A DNA stretch of 64,000 bases from Octopus vulgaris (lineage: Eukaryota), in contig OX597837.1 in NCBI GenBank assembly GCA_951406725.2, positions 34,720,001-34,784,000 of the forward strand. Direction: 5' to 3'. Positions 12,665-26,516 of the stretch are shown piece after piece. Numbering within the stretch: position 1 is the first letter of the stretch; each line of letters starts with the position of its first letter. Below the pieces are notes generated by a model. It was not told the origin of the DNA and searched no databases. It saw only the letters and a list, made by a program, of their open reading frames with translations. Position numbers and translations under genes: made by a program.

Positions 12665-13080
12665 TATTTCTTTACTACCCACAAGGGGCTAAACACAGAG
12701 GGGACAAACAAGGACAGACGAACGGATAAAGTAGATTCTATCGACCCCAGTGTGTAACAGGTACTTAATTTATCGACCCCGAGAAGATGAAAGGCAAAGT
12801 TGACCTCGGCGGAATTTGAACTCAGAACGTAACGGCAGACGAAATACCTATTTCTTTATTACCCACAAGGGGCTAAACATAGAAGGGACAAACAAGGACA
12901 GACATAGGTATTAAGTCGATTACATCGACCCCAGTGCGTAACTGGTACTTAATTTATCGATCCCAAAAAGATGAAGGGCAAAGTCAACCTCGGCGGAATT
13001 CGAACTCACAACGTAACGCAGACGAAATACCGCTAAGCATTTCGCCCGGCATGCTAACGTTTCTGCCAGCTCGCCGCCTT
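12665..13080 (-). mobile_element. SINE family B tandem dimer (full unit + 5'-truncated unit)
   Basis: tatttctttactacccacaaggggctaaac occurs at 12665 and ~12849; the head is present only once. Confidence 0.9.
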
Positions 13081-13977
13081 AATCATCATCACTACCTGCA
13101 ACACCCCAGCCTCTTACTCTGCCTCCTCCTCTTCTTCATCGTCATCGTCAACAATGACCACCAGCACCATTATCCCCCAACGCTTTCCTGTTCCTTCTCC
13201 CCATCTTCACCATCACTTACAATACCATGAACACCCACCACCACCACCATTTTCAGCATCACCCTCACCACAACCAACATCATCATCATCATCATCACTA
13301 ACAGCATCAGCATGCTCCTTGCCATTATCACCATCAATTTAATGTTGGCACCCATGCTGCTACATTGCGCCACCCAGAGCCACCGATACGAAATAAAGGA
13401 ATCTACTGAAGAGTCCTCAGATAAAACAAATCTCACCAAATATTTTTTATTCTACAGCTTGCTTCATCCTTTCAGCATCATCTGTTAAATGCATGGGTTG
13501 GATGGTTTGACAGGAGCTGGTCAGCTGCCCAGGCTCCGTGTCTGTTTTGGCATGGTTTCTATGGCTGGACGCCCTTTCTAATGCCAACCACTTTACAGAG
13601 TGTACTGGGTGCTTTTACACATCGCCAGCATTGGTGCACTTACATGCACACTTAAGATTAGGTACACTCAGCCAGATAGGGAGCATTCCTAATCTTACAC
13701 CACTCGTGAGTGCTGGGCCACATAAAAAAGCACCTGTACCAGGGCCACATAAATGCACCCTCGCTGATGTTGTGTAAAAGCAACCTGTACACTTTGCAAA
13801 GTGGTTGATATTAGGAAGGGCATCATGATCCACTTTACAGGGTTAACAAGGTTACCAAAGGTTTCATATAAAGAGGAATCTCTCTCAACTATTTACATGA
13901 AAACATTGGTATGTACATACACACATATATAACATCTAATTGTGTCTCAGTGTGTATGAATCTCATAAATATATCTT

Positions 13978-14200
13978 CTATCTTTTACTTGTTTAAGTCA
14001 TTGGACTGTGGCCATGCTGGGGCACCGCCTTGAAGAATTTTAGTTGAATGAATTGACCCTAGTACTTGTATATATTTTTAAAACCTGATACTTATTCTAT
14101 TGAGTTCTTTTGCTGAACTGCTAAGTTACAGGGGCACAAACACATCAATATCGGTATTCAAGTGGTGGTGGGGGACAAACACAGATACAGTGATGCAAGC
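13978..14200 (-). mobile_element. SINE family A, 3' half
   Basis: Matches the family A body; the internal microsatellite is followed by the mariner remnant. Confidence 0.75.
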
Positions 14201-14226
14201 ACACATACACACACAAACATGCATAA

Positions 14227-14276
<50 letters not shown>

Positions 14277-14277
14277 G

Positions 14278-15319
14278 TGTGTGACAAAGCAATGGAAGGT
14301 GTGAGGAATATTAATGCAGTATATGGGGAGCAGACAATAAGCGTACGTCAGTGTCAATGGTGGTTCCAGAAATTCCATGTTGGAAATTACAGCCTAGAAG
14401 ATGAGCTTCATCCGGGAAGATCTGTATAGCCTGATGAGGACATCCAGTGAACCCTGGTGGAACAAAATCCCATTGTAACAGTTGAGAAACTAGCAGAGAA
14501 ACTTGGATTTGGTCATTCAACCATTCATCAACATCTGCATGCCATCGGAAAAGCCAGCAAATTAGGTCAATGGCTTCCTCACAAACTTTCCAAGTCTAAT
14601 TGCATGCAGAGAGTGAATGTGCGCTCTTATTTGCTATCATGTCTCATGAATGAACCTTTTTTGCACCAAATAGTGACTGGTGATGAGAAATGGGTTCTCT
14701 ATAAAAATGTCAAGTGCCGAAGACAGTGGGAAAGGAGAAACACTGGCACCCCAGGCTAAAGAAGGTCTTCACCCTTGTAAGGTATTGTTATCTGTTTGGT
14801 GGAATATGAACGGTTTAGTCCACTTTGAACTTTTAAACCCAAACCAAACAATAATGAAGGAGATCTACTGTGAGCAGCTTGAGTGGCTTAAGTCAATGCT
14901 AGAAGATAAACGACCATCTTTGGTTTTAAGATGAAAGGTTTTCTTCCCTCAGGATAATGCTTGGCTACATACAGTGAGGATGATATTCCAAAGGCTGGAG
15001 CAGTTTGAATGCGAAATGATACCCAACCCACCATATTTGAGGGACATTGCCCCATCTGATTATCACTTATTCCACAGTCTTCAAAATCATTTAGATGGAA
15101 AATATATGAATTCTGTAGATGAGGTCAGAACAGTACTGGAGGAGTATTTTTCATCACGGAGAAGTGAATTTTGGAAGAAGGGCCTTGCAAGTCTACCAGG
15201 ATAGATGGAAGAGCATTATAGAAAATGAAGGAGAGATTATTTTAGATTAAAAAAGATTTTTTTGTCTAATTTTGAAAAATTAAAGAGGTATAAAAAAACC
15301 GCATTATTCATGGGATGAC

Positions 15320-15323
<4 letters not shown>
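14278..15323 (+). pseudogene. 5'-truncated mariner (DD34D) transposase pseudogene with 3' TIR
   Basis: WLPHKL, IVTGDEKW, QDNA (D at 14953) and PYLRDIAPSDYHLF (D at 15058; 34-residue spacing), with stops and frameshifts. Ends gcattattcatgggatgacccaa|TA. Confidence 0.92.
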
Positions 15324-15370
<47 letters not shown>

Positions 15371-15373
<3 letters not shown>

Positions 15374-15778
15374 CACAGGCGTTGCTGTGTGGTAAGGAGC
15401 CTGCTTCCCAACCACATGGTTCTGGGTTCAATCCCACTGCATGGCACCTTGGGCAAGTGTCTTCTTCTATAGCCTTGGGCTGACCAAAGCCTAGAGAGTG
15501 GATTTGCTAGCCAGAAACTGGAAGAAGCTTGTTGTATATATATATATATATATATTATGTATGTATTTGTATGTCTGTGTTTGTTCCCCCCACCATCGCT
15601 TGACAACCAATGTTGGTGTGGCTTATGTCCCCATAACTTAGCAGTTTGGCAAAAGAGACTGATAGAATAAGTACTAAGCTTACAAAGAATAAGTCCAGGG
15701 TTCGACTTGTTCGACTAAAGGCGGTGCTCTAGCATGGCCACAGTCAAATGACTGAAACAGGTAAAAGAATAAAAGAAT
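15371..15778 (+). mobile_element. SINE family A
   Basis: Full head-CORE-microsatellite-body structure. Confidence 0.85.
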
Positions 15779-15960
15779 ATATATTAAAGGTGGCAAGATG
15801 GCAGAATCATTGCCACATTGGGCTAAATGTCTAGCGGCATTTCATTCATTTTTATGCTCTGAGTTGAAATTCTGCCAAAGTTGACTTTGCCTTTCATTCT
15901 TTTGGGGTCAATAAAGTACCAGTCGAGCACTGGGGTTGATGTCATCAACTAGATTAGATC

Positions 15961-16340
15961 TCTCTTTACTCTTTTACTCTTTTACTTGTTTCAGTCATTT
16001 GACTGCGGCCATGCTGGAGCACCGCCTTTAGTCGAGCAAATCGACCCCGGGACTTATTCTTTGTAACCCCAGTACTTATTCTATCGGTCTTTTTTGCCGA
16101 ACCGCTAAGTGGCGGGGACATAAACACACCAGCATCGGTTGTCAAGTAATGCTAGGGGGACAAACACAAACATACACGCACACACACACATACATATACA
16201 TATATCTACCAAATCCACTCACAAGGCTCTGGTCGGCCCAGGGCTATAGCACGAGACACTTGCCCAAGATGCCACGCAGTGGGACTGAACCCAGAACCAT
16301 GTGGTTGGTAAGCAAGCTACTTACCACACAGCCACTCCTG
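15961..16340 (-). mobile_element. SINE family A
   Basis: High identity to 4241-4666. Confidence 0.9.
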
Positions 16341-16732
16341 ACCAATTCATTCTAAATATTTTACATTTTCATTATTTATTTATTTTCTGACACAAATTGA
16401 GTATAAGAAACTCACAAGGGAACCTATATGTGATCACTAGAATTGTTAGAAATAGTAACCAAATTTTAATAAATACCCTCTATTATCCTATAAAAAAAAA
16501 GTAAGACAGTATACAGGAAACAATGGAATTACTAATATACACAAAGTCTGAGTCATCATGACTAAAACCCCCTTTCAGCTGCTCCAGCTACCCAATAAAG
16601 GTAGACCGTGACATAATAATTAAGAAGCTGCCGCCGCCGGTCACCACCACCATTATCATCATTATCATCATCATCATCCTCACCACCACAACCATCTACA
16701 TCACTATCACCACCAATATTGTTATTATCATC

Positions 16733-16886
16733 AGAGTGACTGTGTGGTAAGTAGCTTGCTAACCAACCACGTGGTCCCAGGTTCAGTCCCACTGCGTGGC
16801 ATCTTGGGCAACTGTCTTCTGCTACAGCCTCAGGCCAACCAAAGACTTGTGAGTCAATTTGGTAGACGGAAACTGAAAGAAACCCG

Positions 16887-16940
<54 letters not shown>

Positions 16941-17150
16941 ATATGTTTGTGTGTCTGTGTTTGTCCCTCTGGCATTGCGTGACAACCGATGCTGGTGTGT
17001 TTACGTCCCTGTCACTAAGCAGTTTGGCAAAAGAGACCGATAGAATAAGTACTGGGCTTACAAAGAATAAGTCGCGGGGTCGATTTGCTCAACTAAAGGC
17101 GGTGCTCCAGCATGGCCGCAGTCAAATGACTGAAACAAGTAAAAGAGAGT
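16733..17150 (+). mobile_element. SINE family A
   Basis: High identity to the reverse complement of 15961-16340. Confidence 0.9.
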
Positions 17151-18066
17151 ATTACTATCAGCACTTCACTTCATTTTTATCATCATCAATAACAGCAAAA
17201 ACAATTCATTATAATACAAGCTTGGGACAATGGCTGCAGTTCCTTCGTTGACACAGTTGACAACTGTTTTTTTTTTTTCTGAAGAAATTATGAGGGAAGC
17301 GTGGACTTAAAATCATCTGACCACAACAACATAAACTGAAACCAGAAAACTGTATGGCCTGCCTTGATTCCAAATTAAGGCCTCCACATCATGATCCACG
17401 TGTTGAATACCTTTTCCTATACATCTGTCCCAGTTGCCAAATGCCAATTTTGAGATGGAGAAAACAACAACTGAAAGTGAGTGATTGTGGTAGCTGGAGA
17501 GCTGTCTACATCATGGGGCACTGGACTCTTTGAGCTGACTTCTGTCGAAGCCCTTATGGGGAAAAGGGAGCGAGAATTAATTACATGGATCAAGAACTTT
17601 TATTTTTTGCATTATTTGCGTTTATTTTTATTTCTTTGCTTTTAAAAATTGGCTTTTATTTTTATTGTTAATCTTTTATTTAATTTTGCTTATTGTTGTC
17701 TATAGTTCACAGCCACGTAGAGAAGAGGAAGAAAAAAAATCATAAGAGTTAATTCCCTTATTTCGGCTTCATGAGTAAAAATTGAGTTATGTCCCTTGAA
17801 ATTTTACGCGAAAAACTTTTATGGTATGGAAACCCCTTTCGAACGAATAACATCGACGCAGCCAATTCTCAGCTGAAATCCCTTTATGTCAATGATCAAA
17901 GGTCTGCGGGGGATGGGGGGCATGAAAAGGGGATTGGAAGGTTTGATCTGAAAGCTTACAACAGAATGAAATCCTCCGATAAAAGCACACAAGGGACGAC
18001 GTTGTGGTAGTGGTGGTGGTGTTTAGTGCCAAGCCAGCAATGACCATCGCATATTTTGGAGACATA

Positions 18067-18296
18067 AGGCGGCGAGCTGGCAGAAACGTTAGCACTCCGG
18101 GCGAAATGCTTAGCGGTATTTCGTCTGCGTTACGTTGTGAGTTCAAATTCCGCCGAGGTCGACTTTGCCTTTCATCCTTTCGGTGTCGATAAATAAAGAA
18201 CCAGTTTCGCACTGGGGTCGATATAATCGACTTAATCCCTTTGTCTGTCCTTGTTTGTCCCTTCTATGTTTAGCCCCTTGTGGGTAGTAAAGAAAT
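18067..18296 (+). mobile_element. SINE family B, full-length
   Basis: AGGCGGCGAGCTGGCAGAAACG...GCCCCTTGTGGGTAGTAAAGAAATA. Confidence 0.9.
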
Positions 18297-18701
18297 ATTT
18301 TGGAGAAATATGTTTATTGTTGATACACTAGATTATGATTTGAAAGAGATTTGGCTGTTGTTCTTACCACATCGAGCAACTGTTCCAGGCTACTTGTCAG
18401 ATCTACCAAATCGAAATTTTCATTTACTCCCAAAAGATAGGACTGCTGCTGTAAGGGGTCTTTTTTCTGGCCCTGTATTGTTTCTGCTACTCCACTGAAT
18501 AGCAGCCAAACCGCCCTCAAATCACAACTTGGTATCTTAAAATAGAGAAGGATACGTCTGATTCTTGTTGTTGTTTAACCCTTGTTCAGCACTGGAGTAG
18601 AACTATGACCGAAGGCATTCCAGACATAACCATCCATTCAGATTTTATATATATATATTTTTTATTCAAGCCTAGTGTATCTGGGACTACTTTATCCAAT
18701 A

Positions 18702-19078
18702 CTAGCAGTATCGCCTGGCGTTGCTCGGGTTTGTAAGGGAAATAACTATATAAGCACTTTTAGAGAGTTATAGCCAAAAAATAGCAAAAAAATGGAAAAA
18801 AAATTATGGTAAATTTTTTTTTAAATCGTTGACTCCTCGTAGACATTTTTAGAGAGTTACTTCCCTTATATAATAGCGAAAAAATGCATTAAAATGGAAA
18901 AAAATGATGGTAAATTTTTTTTTAAATCGTAGACGCGCGCTAATACCCAAAAGGGCTCGATATGAATCACGACTATAAGATACCCGGTTTTGGTTAAACT
19001 GCACCATAAAATGTGGGAGTAGTTAGGAATCTAAATCGTAGGAGACAGACACACAACTTGACTTTTATATAAAAAAGA
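18702..19078 (-). mobile_element. Non-autonomous Helitron, copy 2 (internal sub-duplication)
   Basis: Same family as 1584-1880; TC start, subterminal hairpin, CTAG end, A^T site. Confidence 0.85.
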
Positions 19079-19335
19079 TAACTGTTTTTAACATGGTAGC
19101 ATTTGATTTGATTTTGGCTGCTATTTCTAAAAAGTCAGTAGACCTCATTACAAGACCCTCCCTGTGCTCACTAATGATAGCTGCCATGTTGGTGGAGATG
19201 TATATATACAGTTAATAATAATTAGGATACTAACTTACCAACATAATTATTTATATCTTGCCATACAATGCAATTAATTTTCTGTTTTTTTTCATTTTCA
19301 GTAAATGAAATTTGTTCAGTACAATGATAGAATAT

Positions 19336-19792
19336 CTTTTATCTGTTTCAGTCATTAGACTGTGGCCATGCTGGGGCACTGCCTTGAAGAATTTTAGTCA
19401 AATGAATTGATCCCAGTATATTTTTCAAGCCCAGTACCTATTCTATCAGTCTCTTTTGCCAAACAGTTAAGTTACGGGGACATAAACATACCAACACTGG
19501 TTGTCATGCAGTGGTGGGAGACAAACACACACACATTCATGCACACACTCAAAGCCTTCCAAGTGGATCTGATAGATGGAAACTGAAAGAAGCTTGTCAT
19601 TTATATATATATATATATATATATATATGACAAGCTTCATTCAGTTTCCATCTATCAAATCCACTTAGAAGGCTTTGGTCAGCCTGAGGCTCCAGTAGAA
19701 GGCACTTACCCAAGGTGCCACACAGTGGGACTGAACTCAGAACCATGTGGCCAGGAAGTAAGCATCTTACCACACAGCTACACCTGTGCCTG
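19336..19792 (-). mobile_element. SINE family A, older copy with a short inverted fragment in the microsatellite
   Basis: Body and head match family A; 19551-19598 is an inverted copy of the head's 3' portion. Confidence 0.8.
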
Positions 19793-20089
19793 CAACAATA
19801 ATTTTGGGAGGATACTGAGAGGAACCTAAATGTAATATTTTAGTGCGATATAAGAAATAACTCATTTGGTCCATCAGCAATGAGAACACATCTTTCTAAG
19901 TACTTTATGTGGTGTTAGTGGTTGTTGTTGTTGTATTTTTTAGCTTCCAATTCAACCTTCACCAATCAGGCCCATGATCAAAGATGTTCCATTCTGCTCA
20001 TAATCATAGCATCATGAGTACAACACCTGAACTGGGTGAAATGTCATATCCTTATCAATCTCAAGATATGGTTTAATGTCATCTGCATG

Positions 20090-21052
20090 TGCTAAAATAT
20101 GCAGATGACATTAAGCTTTGTACTGAGATAAAAATCAAAATCTATATGTTATAGATCTTTCTTGACATGGACACAATGCTGCAATGCCTTGCTGACTGAT
20201 AACTCAAACTCACTGTAGCCAAGTGTATTCACTATAAATTTCAAGAGGGAAAATCTAGAATTTACCTATTCCCTCTGTGAACATAACCTGGGAAATGATC
20301 ATAATTGGCTGGTGCGGACAAAGCACATTTCTAAAAGTGTCAAAAGGGCTTGAGATGTCTTAGCAAGTCACCCTGTCAACTGTTCACTGGCTGAAAGCTG
20401 GATGTACACACTTATACTTTGCATGTCTAGTTTGAAACCCTCACCTAGTCCAGAATATCAGTCTATTGGAAGCTGTCTAAAGATATGCATTCAGACAAAT
20501 AATCTATGAACCCCCTAACCAGATCTTGAACATCTTGCCTCTGAACACAGACACATTAAAGCTCCAACATCTAATGGTTAATGTTGTTTGAGGCTCACAA
20601 GATATTCCAACTTCTCTCCAAGAACATTTTTGGCCACATTTTTCAGCTCAACATTTCTATCACTTGTGGGCCAATTTTCTTAAATCTCAAATTAGTAAAG
20701 TACCTGTGACTTTTGGAAACATTTTTGGAACTGGACATTGTGTGCTAATTGTAAATTCATCTTCATGCAAGCCCCGTTGTTCATTGCAATCTCCCACGAA
20801 AACATGTCTGGCCATTGCGCTGTTCAGGTTCAAAGGACTTGAGAATATTTTACTTTACAAAAACCTGTGAGGATTGGTGACAGGACTTGCATCCAGCCAC
20901 AGAAACCCAACCTTTTACAAATTTTTCCTGACCCATGGAAGACGATGATGATGATGACGATGGTACCGGTGATGATGGACATTTAGAACTGTTGAAGCAT
21001 TAAATAAACTACTTGTGTCTGTTTGTATCCTTCCAAAGTTCCATGCTTTCTG
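20090..21052 (+). mobile_element. Heavily decayed CR1 LINE ORF2 remnant (interrupted ~20770-20975)
   Basis: KYADDIKL reverse-transcriptase motif at 20095, LEAV*RYA, DFWKHF, and later ALNKL..SMLS matching the CR1 family at 3031. Confidence 0.7.
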
Positions 21053-22299
21053 CAGCAGCCTCCACCACTCCTGACCCTTGTATACACTCCGTTTTTCCCG
21101 TAGTGGATCTTTTAGAGATCACCATTTCATTTTGCTGTGCTTTTATCCAGTGTACCCTGCATTTACCTTTGGCTATTCTTAATGTATTTTTGGTCCTTGC
21201 CTTAATGTTGCTCTCTGTCTCTTCTATCTTTTTGTGACTGTCTGTAGTATATCTGGGCCACCACTGCTGCCATCAAGGCTGATAGTGCCACCACAGCTAC
21301 TGCAATCATCATCACACCAATAGCATTGTCATCATCATCATCATCATCTTCTTCCATGGGCCAGACAAGAGTCGTACAAGTTTATTTTCTATGGTTGGAT
21401 GCTCTTCCTGTCACCAACTCTCACCTGTTCAAGTAAGGTAAAATATTCCCAAATCCTTTGAACATGAACAGCTCAATGGCCAGACATGTTTTCAAGGAAG
21501 ATAGCAATGAACAAAATGGCCTGTATGAGGATGAATTTCCAATTAGTGCACAATATGCAGACAAGGAAACACACACACATACACACAGGCACGCACGAGC
21601 GCATGCACACACACACACACACACATACGCACGAGCGCGCGCACACACACACACACACACAAATGGGCTTCTTTCAGTTTCTGTCTTCCAGGTTTCTTTA
21701 AAAGACTTAACCTCTTAACTACTTATGTATACAATACACATATTATTATTATTATTATTGTATTTGTAGCATTCTGAATGACCCCCTCACAGAGGTCCCT
21801 ATTCTATTCGAATGGTGACCCAGATCTAGAGTGCTTTCTAAAACCTTTTTACATCAGACCCACACGAGTTTCACCAATGATTAAAAAAATACAAATGGAG
21901 ATATCACCAGTAAAAATCCCAAATACTATTTCTAATTGGTTTGTGATGATATTTCTAATTAGAAGAAGTTTCATTAAATTTGATTCCTCAATGTAAAGGA
22001 AGCAATTCTGTAGGGGTCTGTTGGTTTATTTAACTGATTAAATAATCTCCATTGCATTCTGTGTATTTCTGGTGTGTATTTTGATCCGTTTTACATAGGG
22101 ATGGAACATAACATTGCCTCTGACAAGATCTGAACCAACAAATCCTTTGAGTCAACAAGTCTGCAAAAAGTTGTAGGTATATTTAGCTGATTAAATACTC
22201 CACTGCATTCTGTGTAATTCTGGTGTGTTATGACACATAAACACAGCCTTTGATAGTATTTGAACTCAGGAACTCTCTCAGTTAACAAAGCAGTATCTA

Positions 22300-22530
22300 T
22301 GTGGTCAATGACCTCATTAGAAACAGCAGCCAAATCTGCATTCCAACAAAATTTACTAAAGTTTGAAAAAAAAATGAAGAAAAACAAAATAAATAAACCA
22401 GGAGTATATACAAGATAACATAGTCCTAGCTACACTCTGCCTGAATATGAAAAAAAAAGTGGGTGGTCACGGTTGGAATACCTTTGATGGTAAGATCTGC
22501 TTGAGCAGAGCTGACATGGGTTTAAACTAT
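22300..22530 (+). repeat. Old dispersed repeat (ctagaaatagcagccaaat...ggtggtcatggctggaat..ctttgat..); diverged copies near 3880-4150, 10140-10320, 18495-18700, 37490-37710, 49760-50130, 61990-62080
   Basis: The same ordered motifs recur in both orientations. Confidence 0.55.
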
Positions 22531-22638
22531 TGACATCAGCTACCAAAATCAGTCTGGCTAATGAATGATATTAAGTACAGTGTTATTAAGGACATCATAA
22601 TCATCATCATCATCATCAAAAGAGATAGATAGAGAGAG

Positions 22639-22718
<80 letters not shown>

Positions 22719-23009
22719 AGTGTTTCCCCAGACATCAGTTTGTTGGACAGAAACAAACCTAATCAATACTACTTAGTTGTATAAGTCTACCTGCATCGTT
22801 ATTTAACACACTCTCATGGGAAAAGGAGGAGGAGGAGGAGGAAAAAGAAGAGGAGGAAGAGGAGAAAGAAGAAGAAGAAAAAAATTGCCTTTTAGTGCTA
22901 TACGTAACATGGAGAGAGGATTGACGTGCTGGAAATAATAACACAGACACCACAATCATCAATAATTGCGATAATGTGTCGAAACAGAAAAACGTCTGCA
23001 TAGAGTTAA

Positions 23010-23600
<591 letters not shown>

Positions 23601-23706
23601 TACATAAGAAACGAGAGATAAATAGACCTAAATATCAAATGTCTGCATTTTTCAGCTAGTTTGATTATTTATCATCATCATCATCACCATTACCAATAAC
23701 ATCATC

Positions 23707-23739
<33 letters not shown>

Positions 23740-23853
23740 ACCTTTATTATCATTGCTTTTTATATGCAGCATTATTCATCAGCAAGCAATTAGCTCTAAT
23801 GAGTACAGGACAGAGAGAGAGAGACAGAGACAGAGACAGACACATGAACAGAT

Positions 23854-23887
<34 letters not shown>

Positions 23888-24080
23888 TTGAACAAAGCCA
23901 TAGAAATTCTAGAGTTACTAATGTCCATTCCTCTTCTAACCATTGTTATCCATTGCAAAGAAGGTAAGAATGTTTCCATCTGGTAGTCACAACTGGTTGT
24001 AGACTCGAGACTCAATCATCTTCACGTTCCTACTTCTACAATAACAAATCCTTCGTCTGTGTTTGTCGTATTTGTTGTTC

Positions 24081-24121
24081 TCAATAAGCAGTTGGATCTT
24101 TTGGTCTTGGTTGGGTCTCTA
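24081..24121 (-). CDS. Candidate terminal coding exon of the same gene (V-ETQPRPKDPTAY*), followed by probable 3' UTR toward ~22.7 kb
   Basis: Acceptor ctctatttacag|TA. The phase-1 junction with exon 32392 gives GTA GAG ACC...TAT TGA. Unique sequence continues downstream. Confidence 0.45.
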
Positions 24122-24344
24122 CTGTAAATAGAGCAACTGGGCCCACAATTCCCATTTTCCACGCTGGACGGTTTGACAGGAGCTGCAAACCAGCTGCACC
24201 AGGCTCTAGTTGTTATGTTTTGGCATGGTTTCTATGGCTGGATGCCCTTCCAAATGCCAACCACTTTACAGAATATGCTGAGTGCATTTTACATAACAGC
24301 AGCATGGGTGCTTTTTACATGGAACCAGCACTGATGCTTTTAAC

Positions 24345-24564
24345 CCTTTAGTGTTCAGATTACTCTGTTAAATGTAATACTTTTTCCACTCAAATTGTTT
24401 TGAATTAATCACACATTATCTTACGGCTTTGAAGTTTCAATGGTGTGATAGTTTATTCTTAGAATGTCAATGTTGGTTAGGTGTGAGGGGCTAGATATGG
24501 CCAGTTTGAATGTAAAACATGTAGAATATTTGGGCCGGATATGGCCGGCTTAAACACTAAAGGG
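24345..24564. mobile_element. TTAA-type MITE, second family (partial inverted copy ~54510-54680)
   Basis: TTAA|CCCTTTAGTGTT...AACACTAAAGGG|TTAA. Confidence 0.8.
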
Positions 24565-25009
24565 TTAAAGTGGTGCCGGCACAGAAGATATAAAACAGGA
24601 TAAATGACAATGCTATTGATAAGAGATCTTCTTGCATAGAACTGGCCAGGATTTAAACAAAAAACAACAGTGAATTATGAGCCAATAAGAGACATAATAC
24701 TTTGTTCTTTTTTATTCCAAATTGATGAAAGGCCAGGCCTTTTTGCCTGCATGCATGATTCTACCAAATTATTGTATATGCTGCTCCCCTGCCAAGATCC
24801 ACTCTAGCCACCAACACATTCCTCCCTCATAAGAATATTATCCCTCTGGAATTCTAGCATTGTCTTTTTGTTTTCCTTCCCCACAGCCTTCTCCTTACAA
24901 CTGTTCAAAAATAACACAAATCATGTTGATACTATTGATCTTGGAGGGTCTGCAGAGGTGGTGGACACAGCCTAGCCATTCAGGTCTAACAAACAAAAAG
25001 ATATCAAAC

Positions 25010-25041
<32 letters not shown>

Positions 25042-25110
25042 ATGTTTAAAATTTTACAAAGGAAAGGTTGACAATGAAGTTTCACCTTGCATGCCTTTGT
25101 CAGACAAATA

Positions 25111-25367
25111 AAATAATAATAATAATAATAATGAAATTATTGTATACAGTGCTCAGGTGCACCACAACTTGTCAGAAAGTGCATATAAAGTACATGCAGT
25201 AATGTAGAAATGTCTGGAAAGCGAACAATGTATGAGTCAGATACATGCTTGTGTGTGTATGGAGGGGAGAAAATCAAGTGTAGTGTTGGCAAATCTCAGA
25301 AAGCATGGAAGTTTTGAAGGATGCAGTGCTCCGACAACTAACAACTGATGCCGGCAGTTTGTTCCAT
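25111..25367 (-). mobile_element. CR1-clade LINE 3' fragment, same family, longer 3' UTR
   Basis: WNKLPASVVSCRSTASFKTSMLSEICQHYT*, shared gtgcacctgagcactgta UTR end, (ATT)n tail. Confidence 0.9.
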
Positions 25368-25451
25368 CATCCTCTACACAAGAGTACTGAGTTATTCTTC
25401 AGTTTAACATTAAATTGTGTTTGTATATAATTTGACATAAAAACAATCATT

Positions 25452-25482
<31 letters not shown>

Positions 25483-25694
25483 TACATACACACACACATA
25501 TACACATATTAGATTCATTATTCAATGTGCTTTTCTTCTGTTAAGATGGCTGAGTGATTTTAGGGACAATATGTAGCTATTTCTAGCAGCAAGAGGCAGT
25601 GCACAGAGGCTCCTTAACGATTTGTTGCTATTGACAATGACAATGATGATGATGCTGACTGTCCTCATAACCTTCAACACCAGATAAGTATAAA

Positions 25695-25982
25695 TCTTTA
25701 TATATAAATTTGAAGTTGCGTGTGTGAGACTCTGTCTCCTCCGACTTAGATTCCAAACTACTCCCACATTTTGCGGTGCAGTTTAACCAAAAGCGGGTAT
25801 CTTATAGTCGTCATTCCTATCGAGCCCTTCTGGGTATTAGCGCACATCTACGTTAAATTTACCATCATTTTTCCGCAATTTTAATGATTTTTGCTCAGGT
25901 TATATAAGGGAAGTAACTCTCTACAAATGCTTATATAGTTATTTCCCTTACAAACCCGAGTAACGCCGGGTGATACTGCTAG
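25695..25982 (+). mobile_element. Non-autonomous Helitron, copy 3
   Basis: a|TCTTTATATATAAA...CCCGAGTAACGCCGGG TGATACTGCTAG|t. Confidence 0.85.
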
Positions 25983-26516
25983 TAAATAAATAAATAAATA
26001 AAAGAAGCCAAAACAAACAAGCCCGAGTGTAATTTGAATCTCAGAAAAATAGAGCACGATATTTTGGCATGCGAAACCATCTTCCTGCGATGAATTTCCA
26101 TTGACAAAGAATCCAAACTGTATTTTGAACACAGGGCCTTTACCACTGCACCAGGTAAAGGCCCAACACAACTGAAATCTCCCTCCTTCCATCAATGGAT
26201 TGTTTGTCAATAATAGTCGCTTACATAAGAGGAATGGGGTCTGGTGGTGTCATTAGCATTATTTTCATATTTATCAGCCTTAATGATAAGAAGTGAAAAG
26301 AGTTAATTGTGTGTGTGTGTGTGTGTGTGCTGGCGTCATTTGTAATGAAGTGTAACTTAGTATCAACATGCACCGTGCCTTTTGGTAACAGGTAACATGT
26401 AGGTGATCATGTAAACAAGAGCAGAAACAAGCACCCCCTTGACCTTTCCTCTTTTGACCCAGCTGAACATCCAAGATAAAAGGAGGCGAGAGTGAGTGTG
26501 TGTGTGCATGTGCATA

